A stretch of 63,717 bases of DNA, the filler included. It is 4 parts of 4 records of this genome, joined end to end, with 100 filler letters (N's around TTAATTAATTAA, not from the genome) between each part and the next. Parts side by side here need not be neighbours in the genome. Positions count along the whole stretch, not along the records: positions 1 to 17,060 come from SRR22947725_9019; positions 17,161 to 26,238 come from SRR22947725_9024; 2 more parts are not named here. One strand, written 5' to 3'. Below the pieces are notes generated by a model that was not told the origin of the DNA, searched no databases, and saw only the letters and a list, made by a program, of their open reading frames with translations. A program made the position numbers and the translations under genes. Shown here one piece after another: positions 10,572 through 20,411 of this stretch (position 1 is the first letter of the stretch; each line of letters begins with the position of its first letter).

Positions 10572-13280
10572 TCAGTCTGTCATTTCGACGTTTTCGTCAT
10601 AACTGCCATCTTCCGATGCGCTCTCCTCCATCTCCTCTTCCTCGTCGTCCTCAAGATCGTAGATGGTAATCGAGTTCACGGGGGAGAACAGGGCGAGTGC
10701 CACACCTCTCGTTGCGCTCGCCGCAAACGGTGCCACGATCTCCAGGCCGGGCACATGCCGTATCCTGCAGCGGGACGCGTCCACTTCCCCCACTCCTCTG
10801 ATCAGATCGTCGATGGGAGATTGCAATGACGTCGGCTTGAGATGGAGGGGGCACGTGTCGTCCCCGAGCGGGACCACGGCAATGAGGGACCCGTCGGACG
10901 CTTGCCCTGAGGACCCGTCAGACTCGTTTGAGTAGCGCGATACCGCGGTCAGGATCAAGGCATCCGACTTTCCGTACATGGCACACGAGCTGATACGGCG
11001 GCCCCCGGGCAGGCGGCCCACGTGGACATCGGCGAGGGCGTCCTCGTGCGGACTGGCGACCACGTGCACAAAGGTCGCATCTAATGCGGCAACTATGTGG
11101 AGATTTTCCTCGTGGTCCAGTTCCATGGAGAATGGGTCCATGTCAGTCCTCGACTGCTCGCCGGTCCCAGGACCCGCGGGATGGTCGGTGTGCGGGCCCA
11201 CATCATCCGATCCACGCGCACCCGACGGTCCGAGGCCGCTCGAAAGTATATTCCAATGGCTGGTCGTGCGCATGTGAGAGGATAAAGCCCGCGCGGGACA
11301 CTCTACGATCCCGAGCAGGAGTAACTTGAAGACATCAAGCGACGAAGACAGGCCAGCCTTCTCGCCCCGGAGCGCCAGCTGGGCTCGTTTCTTCTCCACG
11401 AGCGCATCGACATTTTCCATTGACGAGCCTCCCTCGAGCCAGCGATCAATCCCCAGGGTTAGATGCTCCAGCGCTGCCGCTTCTTCTCGGTCCTCTGCGG
11501 CGAGGTCTGCGGCAGATCGATCGTACGACGGCGTGGTGGCGAGGTTCGTGCTAGCATTGCTGCGCCCACAAACGTTCTCATGTTGGTCTACAATGCTTGA
11601 TCCGTCACTGAGCACGTGCAAGCTCGCTGCCGAGCCAAAGATCGCAGTCAGTAGCCGTTCATCCGCCCCCTCGCCCCTCCGGCCCAGTGCCCCAGCGCCG
11701 TCAGCCGGTTCGCTCCTCGTCCCCTCTACGCCCTGATTATCTACGGCATCACCTGTTATTGTCACAATGCTCGAGATGATCGAATTGAGCTCGGCAGAAT
11801 AGTATCGAGCGGTGATGAGCTCCTCGACCTCCTCCATCGCGCTCTTGGGGAGGCCGGGGTACGTTTCGCCCATCTCACGGTGCTGAAGCATCGACAGCAA
11901 CGCGTAGAAATTCCTATACCCCGAAGCAGCCTTTAGCGCCAGCTCCCGGCAGTGCTCCGCCAACGCCACAAAGTCCAGCGCCCATCGCTCTGCTTCGCCG
12001 ACAGCCTCGGGCCGCAAGCCGAGCACACTAGAGCCGTCCAGCGTCAGGGAATGCCCTCGCAAGTCACCCAAACGGAATCCAATCCTCTCCAGGCACGGCT
12101 GCAGATGGTACACAATGTCGTGGTACAAGCACGACATCGCCGAGTCAACCCTCCGGGCCGCCGTCTTCAGCAACCCCGCTTTCCCAACAAACGCCTTGAG
12201 CTCCATCGAGTACGCCCCCCGCACCAGCACGTCGTATATATCCTTCTCGGGGTCCCTAGTACCACCCAATATACTCCGTAGATTGTCCAAATGCTCCTCA
12301 CGAGCCACCTCCACCTCCGCCAGGTGCGCCGCAATGTTTTCGACCACCACGTACATCATCCCGACGTCCTTCAGGTTGTCCGACAGCAGACTCCCCACGG
12401 AACGAATCATCGACGCGTGCCGCTTCACAACCGACGTATCCATCCTCACCACGTGCACGCCACTCACATCCCGCCACCCGACCCACATCTGCGCAGCCGA
12501 CGACGCCATGCACAGTGAAATGCTCCCATGCGTATGGACGCAGTCATCCCCTGGCGCTCCCACATCCTGACCAACCGCATTGCTGACACGACTGCTCTGC
12601 CCGCGGTCAAACATCCGAAACGCGAGCATGGGAAGCAGTCCCTCCCCGCAAACCACCACGTCGCCATGCGCACTCACGGCGCACAGCATACGCAGATCGG
12701 CGTCCTCGTCCCGCCCCCGCCGCGCCAAGCGCGCTTCCCACGCACTGCGCACCTCGTGGCCATTGTGTGCAGCCGGCGTGCAGTAGGTGTGCGAAGAGGC
12801 GTCGGTTCCGCTGCAAGCCCCGAATCCATGCTCGTCACTGTGATGCCCAAGCAATCGCGTCGACCGCGACGACCGGCCGCCCCTCGCATCCGCCCCGCAA
12901 ACCGCCCCGCAAACCGCCCCGCAAACCGCCCAACTGAGGCCCACGACGGCCCCGCTTGGCCCCAAGAATACCCGGCGGCGCTCCACCTCGCACCCATCCT
13001 CCGCGGCCAGAACCACCACGTTACCCTCCTCGTCACCGTACGCAATCTGCTTCCCGTCCGGCCGCCACTGTATGCTGGTAATGCTCGTCGCCGGCTGCTT
13101 GGACCAGAGCCGCTCCCAGTTGAGTCGAAAGCTCTGCAGCTGCTGGTCTGCCGTCACCAGCACGACGATGTCCATGGTGGGGCACCATGCTGACAACACG
13201 ATCTTTGTCGATGCGTTGCGCTCCAACAGAGCCAGAAACGCCCGCGCAGAGCCCGCGTCCGGAGCGCACCCCTCGTCCAT
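10572..13280 (-). CDS. APC4: Anaphase-promoting complex subunit 4
   Basis: N-terminal WCPTMDIVVL...RLNWERLWS...WRPDGKQIAYG WD40 signature; helical long domain (HLQPCLERIGFRLGDLRG); acidic tail. Confidence 0.85.
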   Translation of the reverse strand: MDEGCAPDAGSARAFLALLERNASTKIVLSAWCPTMDIVVLVTADQQLQSFRLNWERLWSKQPATSITSIQWRPDGKQIAYGDEEGNVVVLAAEDGCEVERRRVFLGPSGAVVGLSWAVCGAVCGAVCGADARGGRSSRSTRLLGHHSDEHGFGACSGTDASSHTYCTPAAHNGHEVRSAWEARLARRGRDEDADLRMLCAVSAHGDVVVCGEGLLPMLAFRMFDRGQSSRVSNAVGQDVGAPGDDCVHTHGSISLCMASSAAQMWVGWRDVSGVHVVRMDTSVVKRHASMIRSVGSLLSDNLKDVGMMYVVVENIAAHLAEVEVAREEHLDNLRSILGGTRDPEKDIYDVLVRGAYSMELKAFVGKAGLLKTAARRVDSAMSCLYHDIVYHLQPCLERIGFRLGDLRGHSLTLDGSSVLGLRPEAVGEAERWALDFVALAEHCRELALKAASGYRNFYALLSMLQHREMGETYPGLPKSAMEEVEELITARYYSAELNSIISSIVTITGDAVDNQGVEGTRSEPADGAGALGRRGEGADERLLTAIFGSAASLHVLSDGSSIVDQHENVCGRSNASTNLATTPSYDRSAADLAAEDREEAAALEHLTLGIDRWLEGGSSMENVDALVEKKRAQLALRGEKAGLSSSLDVFKLLLLGIVECPARALSSHMRTTSHWNILSSGLGPSGARGSDDVGPHTDHPAGPGTGEQSRTDMDPFSMELDHEENLHIVAALDATFVHVVASPHEDALADVHVGRLPGGRRISSCAMYGKSDALILTAVSRYSNESDGSSGQASDGSLIAVVPLGDDTCPLHLKPTSLQSPIDDLIRGVGEVDASRCRIRHVPGLEIVAPFAASATRGVALALFSPVNSITIYDLEDDEEEEMEESASEDGSYDENVEMTD

Positions 13281-13390
13281 GTCGATGGTTCGATGATCAA
13301 GCGTCCTCGTCCCACCGTCGCGCCCGCTCCGTTCTGTCCATCTTCCGGATCAAAAGTCGGTCAGATTACTGTTTACTGTAAGTATATACC

Positions 13391-15194
13391 CTAATACCTC
13401 AACATATACGTCCTTCTTCTGAGCCAGGTGTAGTCGGGCATAAACTGCGTGTTGCCGAGCGTTGCCACGGCAATATCCTGGTCGAAGATGAACTTGTTGG
13501 CAATCGCCTTGATCGTCGCAGCGTCGACGGCGTCAATCCTTGCGAACAACTCGGCCCTCGGAATCCTCCTGCCGTACACCAGCATGCTCCTTCCCAGTTC
13601 CTCTGCCGTGCCCGTCGTGCCATCCTGAGAGTACAGGATACTCGCCTTGAGCTGGTTCTTGGCCCGCGACACATCAGACTCGGATACGTTATAGCACATG
13701 CCCGCCGTATGCCTCATGATGCCCCAGCAGAGATCCTCCAAGTTGCTCGTCTTCGGGTCTGCCGTCGCGTACACGCCAAACAGGCCCGTGTCGTGGTAGT
13801 TTGTGTTGAACGCCATCATCGAGTCGGCGAGGTTATTCGTCGCAATGAGCTCGCCAAGCTTCGACCCTCCGTGCCTTCCAGAGCTCGCGTTCTTATCCCA
13901 GGTTCCAAGCATCGTCTGCATCACCATGAGGGGGATGGAGTCTGGGTCTGTCCACGACGCGCCCTCAAACGCGATGGCCAAGTGCACGAGCGGTTGATCA
14001 GGGTCCCTCATGCGCACCTCGCTTCCCGTGAAGAACGCTGGCTCGTTCTTCACGAGGTCCGCCGTACTGACGCCCTTCTCCGGGAGCTTGGAGAAGTGCT
14101 GCTCCGCCGCCTTGACCAGCGTGGCGTGATCGACGCCCCCCGACGCGGCAACCACCATGCGGTCAGCCGTGTAGTTCGTCGAAATATAGTCCACCAGGTT
14201 CTGCTTGGTGATCGCCCTCACATTATCCGCCGGCCCGAGAATGGTGCGCCCGAGCGGACTGTGCTGGAACGCAGTCGCGTGCAGGTGATCAAACACAACC
14301 TCCTCCGGCATGCCCTCAATCTCCTGCATCTCGCGCAGGATGACGTCCCGCTCGCGCTCAATCGCGTGCTCCTCCAGCTTGGAGTTTTGAAGAATATCGG
14401 ACAGTATGTCCACCGCCTGGCCGACATGCCCGTTCTGCACCTTTGCAAAGTAACACGTCTGCTCGCGGGACGTGTACGCATTCAGATGCCCCCCGATATC
14501 CTCAATCTCGACCTCAAGATCCTTCACCGATCGCTTCTGCGTGCCTTTGAACGCCATATGCTCCAAAAAGTGCGCCGTTCCATTGGTCGCGTCCGTCTCG
14601 TACCTCGAACCCGCATCAATCCAGACGCCCACCGTCGACGTCGCCGCCCCCGGCACCTGCTCGCTCACCACGCGCATGCCGTTCGAGAGGCGTGTGACCT
14701 GCAGGAAGAAGGAAGAAGGAAGAAGGAGCATCGTCGTGTCGTGAGCGTCGGTTTCCTGCCGTTCGTAGGGGGGCAGTTTGAGGGCGGGGGAATCATGGTC
14801 GTCGCAGAGGACGGGCCCGCAGCCGCGACGAGGCAGACATCCGGGCCAAATCCCCATGTGACACCATACCGACGCCATATAGACGCCATACACACGCCAT
14901 CCGACGCCCCTCGCCCGCGACGACGGATGGAGCGCACGTGAGAATCTCCGGGGCAAATCCAGGCGAGTGAGCGCGAGAGACACTCCAACCACGAACCTTG
15001 GTCTCCGGTAGGGCCGGAAGGTGCTGACTCATGCCCACATCCGACGGGACGGGGTTCCCGAAGCGCAAGAACGCGGAATCCTTCGTCTGAAGGGCATCAT
15101 TCGCAGCAAAAGCCGAGGCGGACACACCACGCGAGCACAGCCGCGCGATCGCGGCATTCGACTGCCTGCCAGCGGCCACAAGTGACGAAAGCAT
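13391..15194 (-). CDS. MPPB: Mitochondrial processing peptidase beta subunit (M16); 2 exons: 15194-14997 and 14698-13391
   Basis: HFLEH inverted zinc motif, LNAYTSRE; presequence MLSSLVAAGR. A GT..AG intron at 14996-14699 (298 bp) joins ETK|VTRLSNG. Confidence 0.93.
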
Positions 15195-15315
15195 GTTCGT
15201 GTTTTGATCTATCCGTCTACCTTGTGGGCCGCTTCTTCTTCGTCTTCTTCTTCGTCTTGTTCTTCTTCTCGCGAGAACACGATCGTGTTCCTGTTCCTGT
15301 TCCTCGGAAGAATCC

Positions 15316-16269
15316 ATGGCTGAAACAGGGAACAAGCACGTCGGCACCATCTTGAACAAGCAGGGGCTCGAGCTGCGGACGGTGAGCTGGCCATCAGGTC
15401 ATCGGAAGGAAACGACCGGAACACGACGGAGGATCCTCTTCTTCGTCCACGGGCACGGCGCGCACCTCGAGTTTGAGCTCCTCCGCATCCCCGAGCCGGG
15501 TGCCGAGCCGGTGTACGAGGGGTCGTGGGCCGAGTATTTCAACGCCAAGGGTATCCAGGTCTGCGGCATCGACAATCAGGGGTGCGGGGAAAGCGAGGCG
15601 CTGCACGGGGTGCGCTGGTACGTGGAGCGGTTTGACGACTACGTGGACGACGTGCTGCAGTACGTGCACCACGTCGTCGACTCGCTGCCGGGTCCGGAGC
15701 GGCGTTCTGCGAAGCTGTATATGGCGGGGTTGTCTGCCGGGGGGTGCATTGCGTTGCACTGCGTGATGCGGGAGCCGGCGCTGTTCGAGGGCGGGGGTCT
15801 GGTACTGATGGCGCCGATGATTTCGCTGGAGAAGGTGAGCAGAAAGTCTCCGAACAAGTATATGCTGCCGGTGGCGCGCCTGCTGAGCTGGCTGGTGCCC
15901 ACGGCGCCGTTGGTGGCGACGGAGAAGAACGAGGTGTATCCAATGATCCAAAAGATGTGGGATTCGGATCCGCGGACGAGCAGGGATGCGTACACGAGGG
16001 TGCGGTCTGCGTACGAGTACATCACGGCGTGCGATCGGCTCATGGATGCGTTGCGTGGGGGAGGGGTGCTTGCAGGGCAGCGATTGTTGCTGTTTCACAG
16101 CGAGCGGGACACGATGGTGGATCCGGAGGGGAGTAAGGCATTGATGGCGTTGAGCGCAAGCGAGGATAAGACGGTGCGGTGGGTGAACGATATGTGGCAC
16201 GTGTTGACGAAAGAGCCGGGATGCGATGACATTGTGGCAGAGATTTGTAGTTGGATTCTGGAGCGGTAA
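15316..16269 (+). CDS. Alpha/beta hydrolase, monoacylglycerol lipase/lysophospholipase-like
   Basis: FVHG, DNQGCGES, nucleophile elbow GLSAGG, Asp (ERDTMV) and His (MWH) of the triad. Confidence 0.88.
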   Translation: MAETGNKHVGTILNKQGLELRTVSWPSGHRKETTGTRRRILFFVHGHGAHLEFELLRIPEPGAEPVYEGSWAEYFNAKGIQVCGIDNQGCGESEALHGVRWYVERFDDYVDDVLQYVHHVVDSLPGPERRSAKLYMAGLSAGGCIALHCVMREPALFEGGGLVLMAPMISLEKVSRKSPNKYMLPVARLLSWLVPTAPLVATEKNEVYPMIQKMWDSDPRTSRDAYTRVRSAYEYITACDRLMDALRGGGVLAGQRLLLFHSERDTMVDPEGSKALMALSASEDKTVRWVNDMWHVLTKEPGCDDIVAEICSWILER

Positions 16270-16300
16270 AAAGTTCCTGGAGAGATGACAGCAGGAATAA

Positions 16301-17060
16301 TCAAAAGTCGCCGTTTCGGCAGGGAACCAATTGCGAGCACTCGCTCAGGGATCGACAGAGCGGGCACTCGGGTTTGGTGCCGCACCATTCCACGATGCAC
16401 GTCCAGCAAAAGATGTGTCCACACGGGGTGGCCGTGGGGGTCTGGCGGTCAGAGAGGCAAAGCGGGCACTTGTGCTTCTGATGGCTCGCGATACGTTGCT
16501 GGACGTTTGCCGTTGTTTCATTCCAGTCTAAGACTGGCTTTCCTTCGTAATCCAGGAAGACAAGCTTCCGCTCCTCGTCTTGGTCTCCTCCCTTGGCGTC
16601 CGTCGGACGTTCGCGAGCACGTTCGCGAGCACGTTCGGAGTCACCTCGTCGATCCGCAATAAGCGATCTGGCAATCGGGAAGAGCGCCTGGGCCACGAGC
16701 AGCACGCCTAGGACCCTATACAAACGCTGCAGCACCCCGGGACGGCCATCCGGGTTGACGGCGTTTGCCGTCGGCCCATACCCCAGGTATTTGACGCCGA
16801 GTATCCGTTTTGGAACGTCGTAATACATTCCAAACATGTAAAACAGCGCCAGATGAAGTCTAATCAGGGAATCCGAGTGCTTGACGGCCCGGCGTAGGTA
16901 GGGTTTGCATCGCTCGACCACGGCCCGGCAGGTGCTCAGCAGACGATCCTTTGCGGGGGCCACGCTCTCCGGGACCAGCTTTTCCGCGAGTTTCCGCGGC
17001 CATGTGCCGTACCACACGCGTCTAGAATCGCCATCGTCCCCATCGTCCCCATCGTCCCCA
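16301..17060 (-). CDS. PEX10: Peroxin 10 (5'-truncated)
   Basis: RLHLALFYMFGMYYDVPKRILGVKY Pex2/10/12 motif and a C-terminal C3HC4 RING (CPLC...TPCGHIFCWTC...CPLCR). Confidence 0.88.
17031..17060 (+). repeat. 9-bp tandem repeat (CCATCGTCC)x3 at contig end
   Basis: Read directly. Confidence 0.9.
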
Positions 17061-17160
17061 NNNNNNNNNNNNNNNNNNNNNNNNNNNNNNNNNNNNNNNN
17101 NNNNTTAATTAATTAANNNNNNNNNNNNNNNNNNNNNNNNNNNNNNNNNNNNNNNNNNNN
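17061..17160. other. Artificial contig spacer
   Basis: N44-TTAATTAATTAA-N44 (stops in all six frames); composition switches abruptly from GC-rich to AT-rich. Confidence 0.99.
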
Positions 17161-17218
17161 ATAGAGCACTAGACTACGAATCTAGGGGTCAGGAGTTCGA
17201 ATCTTCTCGAGCGCACCA
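17161..17218 (+). tRNA. tRNA-Arg(ACG), 5'-truncated
   Basis: Anticodon arm CTAGA-CTACGAA-TCTAG, T-loop GTTCGAAT, encoded CCA. Confidence 0.93.
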
Positions 17219-17228
17219 TCATTTTTTA

Positions 17229-17290
17229 TAACTCATTGATATTTTAACAATATTTTTAGAATAATGTAGCTGTAGACAAGGTTGTATAAC
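17229..17290. promoter_or_regulatory. IHF-consensus site plus arm-type direct repeats (att-like) downstream of tRNA-Arg
   Basis: Minus-strand TATCAATGAGTTA (17241-17229) matches WATCAANNNNTTR; TGTAGACA and TGTATAAC start 12 bp apart at 17271 and 17283. Confidence 0.5.
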
Positions 17291-17305
17291 AAAATAAATA
17301 TGATT

Positions 17306-18274
17306 TTATATACTTATTTTATTCAGTTCTGATTTTAAAAATAAGGCAATTTCTTCCATACCATTTTTGTTAATTTTAGATTGTTTTTCAGCATTGAGAT
17401 TATAGTTTGTATTTGTGTTTATGTCATAGAAGATTGGAACGCCATCTTTGTTCCTTATAAACTCAACACCTGCCACTTCTATTTGATGTTTTTTTAAAAA
17501 GATGGTTAATTGTTCTGCTAAATCTTTATCAGGGTCGTCATCGACAAAGAAACTAGGTTGAGAATTGTTAATATGATTTATTTCATCTACAGGACAAAAT
17601 TGATCTAAATCAACCTCACAAGCATCTGCTGGACATAATTCAAAACTGTTTTTACTGAAGACTTTTAATGAATACATAAAATTCCCTCCAATAAATTCCA
17701 TTCGAGTTATAAACTCTTCATTTGTAGTAATTTTTTCCTGTAATAACCAAGTATCATCCTTAGAAGAATTAAATAGTTTATCTTCAAGCAGTTTATCAAG
17801 TTCATTCATTGTGTTTATCAGTTTTACACCAAAACCTTTGCCACCTTGATTAGGTTTAATTATCATAGGGTAAACATTTAAATTGGAAGCAGCCTCTTTA
17901 ATTTTATTTTTTCCAACAGCAACAATTGTTTTTGGAGTTTTGAAACCACTTTGTTTCAATAATAATTGTTGCAATACCTTAGAAAATTCAATTTTAAGAA
18001 CATTAGTTCCATTTATAACACGTCTATTATGATTTTCTAACCATGTTAAAATTATGTTTGAGCTTTGGTTAGAATGTAAGTGATTTCGCGTGTAATTTGA
18101 TGCACTCATTCGAGAGAAAAAAATTCCGTTTGGTGGAGCTTGATCAATATTTATTGTCATTTCATCTAAGAGCCATTCTTCATATTGAACATCAAACTTT
18201 TCAAGAGCTTTACGTAGAGGTATCAACCATTCTTCATTTTCATGAATAATGTATGATTTCAATTTATTTTTCAT
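17306..18274 (-). CDS. RimK/glutathione-synthase-like ATP-grasp ligase
   Basis: IIKPNQGGKGFGVKL, LLQE and YDINTNTNY motifs; GAGAGGA RBS upstream of ATG 18274. Confidence 0.85.
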   Translation of the reverse strand: MKNKLKSYIIHENEEWLIPLRKALEKFDVQYEEWLLDEMTINIDQAPPNGIFFSRMSASNYTRNHLHSNQSSNIILTWLENHNRRVINGTNVLKIEFSKVLQQLLLKQSGFKTPKTIVAVGKNKIKEAASNLNVYPMIIKPNQGGKGFGVKLINTMNELDKLLEDKLFNSSKDDTWLLQEKITTNEEFITRMEFIGGNFMYSLKVFSKNSFELCPADACEVDLDQFCPVDEINHINNSQPSFFVDDDPDKDLAEQLTIFLKKHQIEVAGVEFIRNKDGVPIFYDINTNTNYNLNAEKQSKINKNGMEEIALFLKSELNKISI

Positions 18275-18495
18275 AAAATAATTTCCTCTCAAAATAATAA
18301 ATTTTCGTTAAATTAATTAGTAATTAAATAAATATTAAGTAAATTGTTTTGACCATAGAGATTGTTTTTTTTGTGATAATAAAAATAATTAATTAATCTT
18401 AAATCATTTAAATAACCAGAATTAATTTCTATTTATTTTTCAAAAATTTTTACTGTAGACAAGGTGGTAAAGAAATTTAAGAACCAAAAGAACTA

Positions 18496-19740
18496 TCAGT
18501 TCATAAATCTCTTTATAGAAATAGAACTTACATCCTCATTTATTGGGTTCTGAACCAATGTATTTGCTAATACCTCACCAGACTTTGGTGCCATCATAAG
18601 ACCATGATGAGAATGACCAAAGTTAACGAATAATCCTGGCTGTTTAGGTACTGTCCCTATCACTGGTATACTATCAGGAAAGCTTGGCCGGCGTCCCATC
18701 CAGAATTTAGTCTTGGTTAAACCGATGTCAGGAAAAATTTTACGGGCAATTCCTTTAAGACGTAATTCACGTTTTGGATCAGGCGAAGCATCAATTGGTC
18801 CAAATTCGACTTGCCCTGCTATTCTTACGCCACCTTCCATTGAGCTCGCAATTACACCTCCTTCAGAGTATACTACGGAATTGATCACATCTATTCCTGG
18901 ATTCGCACAATGAATGTGGTAACCTCTTTCTGCTATCAATGGTACTCGCACTCCAATACTAGACAATAATTCTTTGCTCCACGCTCCTGCAGCAATAACG
19001 AGTAATTTAGTGTTATATTTAGAAACTTTTCCTTTCAAAAACCAATTGTCTCCATCTCTTCTTATTTCATTAATTTGATCTTTGATTATCTTGGCTCCTT
19101 GTGATTGTGCTTTTTTTGCAAGTACAGCTCCTAATCTACCAGGAGAAATAGTACGGGCAGTATTATAAATAACAATACCAGCTTCAAAAGTCGATGATAG
19201 AGCAGGTTCTAAACTACGTAAGGCTGATCCTTTGATAATCTCAATATTAGCCCCTTTTTTTAACCGAATTTGGCTAGCTATATCATCTAAAGAAGCATCT
19301 TCCGCATGTTTGATTAACTGTAAATACGCGGTATCTTTAACCAATCCTACATCCCCTGTATTTTTTAAATGCTTACGATAAAGTTCAATTGAAGGCGTAC
19401 ATAGTAGTGACATAGCATCAGCAGTTTGGCGAACACCTACTTCTGTACCTTTTGATAAAAATTTTAAACCCCATGGTATCATACTAGACCAAATTCCAGC
19501 CCTAATAGATAAAGGTTTCCAACCTGAAAACATCATCTTTGGTATAGTTTTTAATAATCCAGGTTTACTCTGAGGGATAATTGACCAAGGGGAGATAACT
19601 CCCGCATTGCCAAAAGAGGTAGTTTGTCCAGGACTTTCTCTGTCAATTAAGCGAACATTGATCCCACGATCTTGTAGGGATAAGGCGGAACAAATTCCTA
19701 TAATCCCTCCTCCAACTATTGTAACATCAAGCGTATTCAT
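18496..19740 (-). CDS. FAD-dependent D-amino-acid dehydrogenase (DadA/DAO family)
   Basis: GGGIIG, TSFGNAG, ERGYH, WMGRRPSFPDS and FGHSHHGL motifs; ATG 19740 preferred. Confidence 0.88.
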   Translation of the reverse strand: MNTLDVTIVGGGIIGICSALSLQDRGINVRLIDRESPGQTTSFGNAGVISPWSIIPQSKPGLLKTIPKMMFSGWKPLSIRAGIWSSMIPWGLKFLSKGTEVGVRQTADAMSLLCTPSIELYRKHLKNTGDVGLVKDTAYLQLIKHAEDASLDDIASQIRLKKGANIEIIKGSALRSLEPALSSTFEAGIVIYNTARTISPGRLGAVLAKKAQSQGAKIIKDQINEIRRDGDNWFLKGKVSKYNTKLLVIAAGAWSKELLSSIGVRVPLIAERGYHIHCANPGIDVINSVVYSEGGVIASSMEGGVRIAGQVEFGPIDASPDPKRELRLKGIARKIFPDIGLTKTKFWMGRRPSFPDSIPVIGTVPKQPGLFVNFGHSHHGLMMAPKSGEVLANTLVQNPINEDVSSISIKRFMN

Positions 19741-19835
19741 ATTTGCATTGCATAGAGTTAATCTTTCAAATATGCAATATAACACCTTATATGACAAAGA
19801 ATATAACTGAATTTAACCTTATTTGAATGATTTAA

Positions 19836-19863
19836 GGCATTAACTATATAAATAGTTAATGCC
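19836..19863. repeat. Perfect 12-bp inverted repeat (operator or hairpin)
   Basis: GGCATTAACTAT-ATAA-ATAGTTAATGCC. Confidence 0.8.
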
Positions 19864-20074
19864 CTTAGGAGGTTTATAAATGAAAAACTTTTTTCTTTTA
19901 TAGTTCTATCTAAATAAAAAAATTAGTTCAAAATTTGTAAATAAAAAGGTTAATTCAAGGCAAAATTATAAGTCTAGAGTATATATTTGATTTAAACGGC
20001 TTACATTTATAAATTTGAATATAATATCAATAACGGATAAAATTAAATTTTTAACATAAATTAGAGAATTTATA

Positions 20075-20248
20075 ATGGATTTCAAATATGCACAAAGTTG
20101 GTTATTAGGAATAGTTTGCTTTGTATATGGAATTTATAGAATTATTGGTGGATCAGATAAAGGCTTTAACTGGGTAGATATAGCAGCAATAGTAGGTTTT
20201 TGTTATTCTGTGTATATCACACAAATAGCTAGATCAAAAGAAGACTAA
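20075..20248 (+). CDS. 57-aa two-TM microprotein A (below the ORF-track cutoff)
   Basis: Hand translation MDFKYAQSWLLGIVCFVYGIYRIIGGSDKGFNWVDIAAIVGFCYSVYITQIARSKED; paralog at 21934. Confidence 0.75.
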   Translation: MDFKYAQSWLLGIVCFVYGIYRIIGGSDKGFNWVDIAAIVGFCYSVYITQIARSKED

Positions 20249-20411
20249 TTACACATAGTGCATGAAAACACATAAAATGCATTTAAATGCAAATTAGAAA
20301 TTATAAATTAAATTTCACTAAATTGTTGTGTTTATCCTTGAAAAGCAATCGTAAATTAACAAATATGATATAAGGTTCTGTATCAATTTCTTTTTTTCAC
20401 CTAATGGTATA

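Noticed and set aside
14699..14992. N-terminal 98 aa of the 533-aa ORF 13391-14992
   Set aside because: Intron sequence; the true exon 1 with the mitochondrial presequence is at 15194-14997.
20049..20076. XerD-arm-like TTTAACATAA (possible dif/pdif site)
   Set aside because: No XerC arm at the 6-bp spacing; expected by chance in AT-rich DNA.
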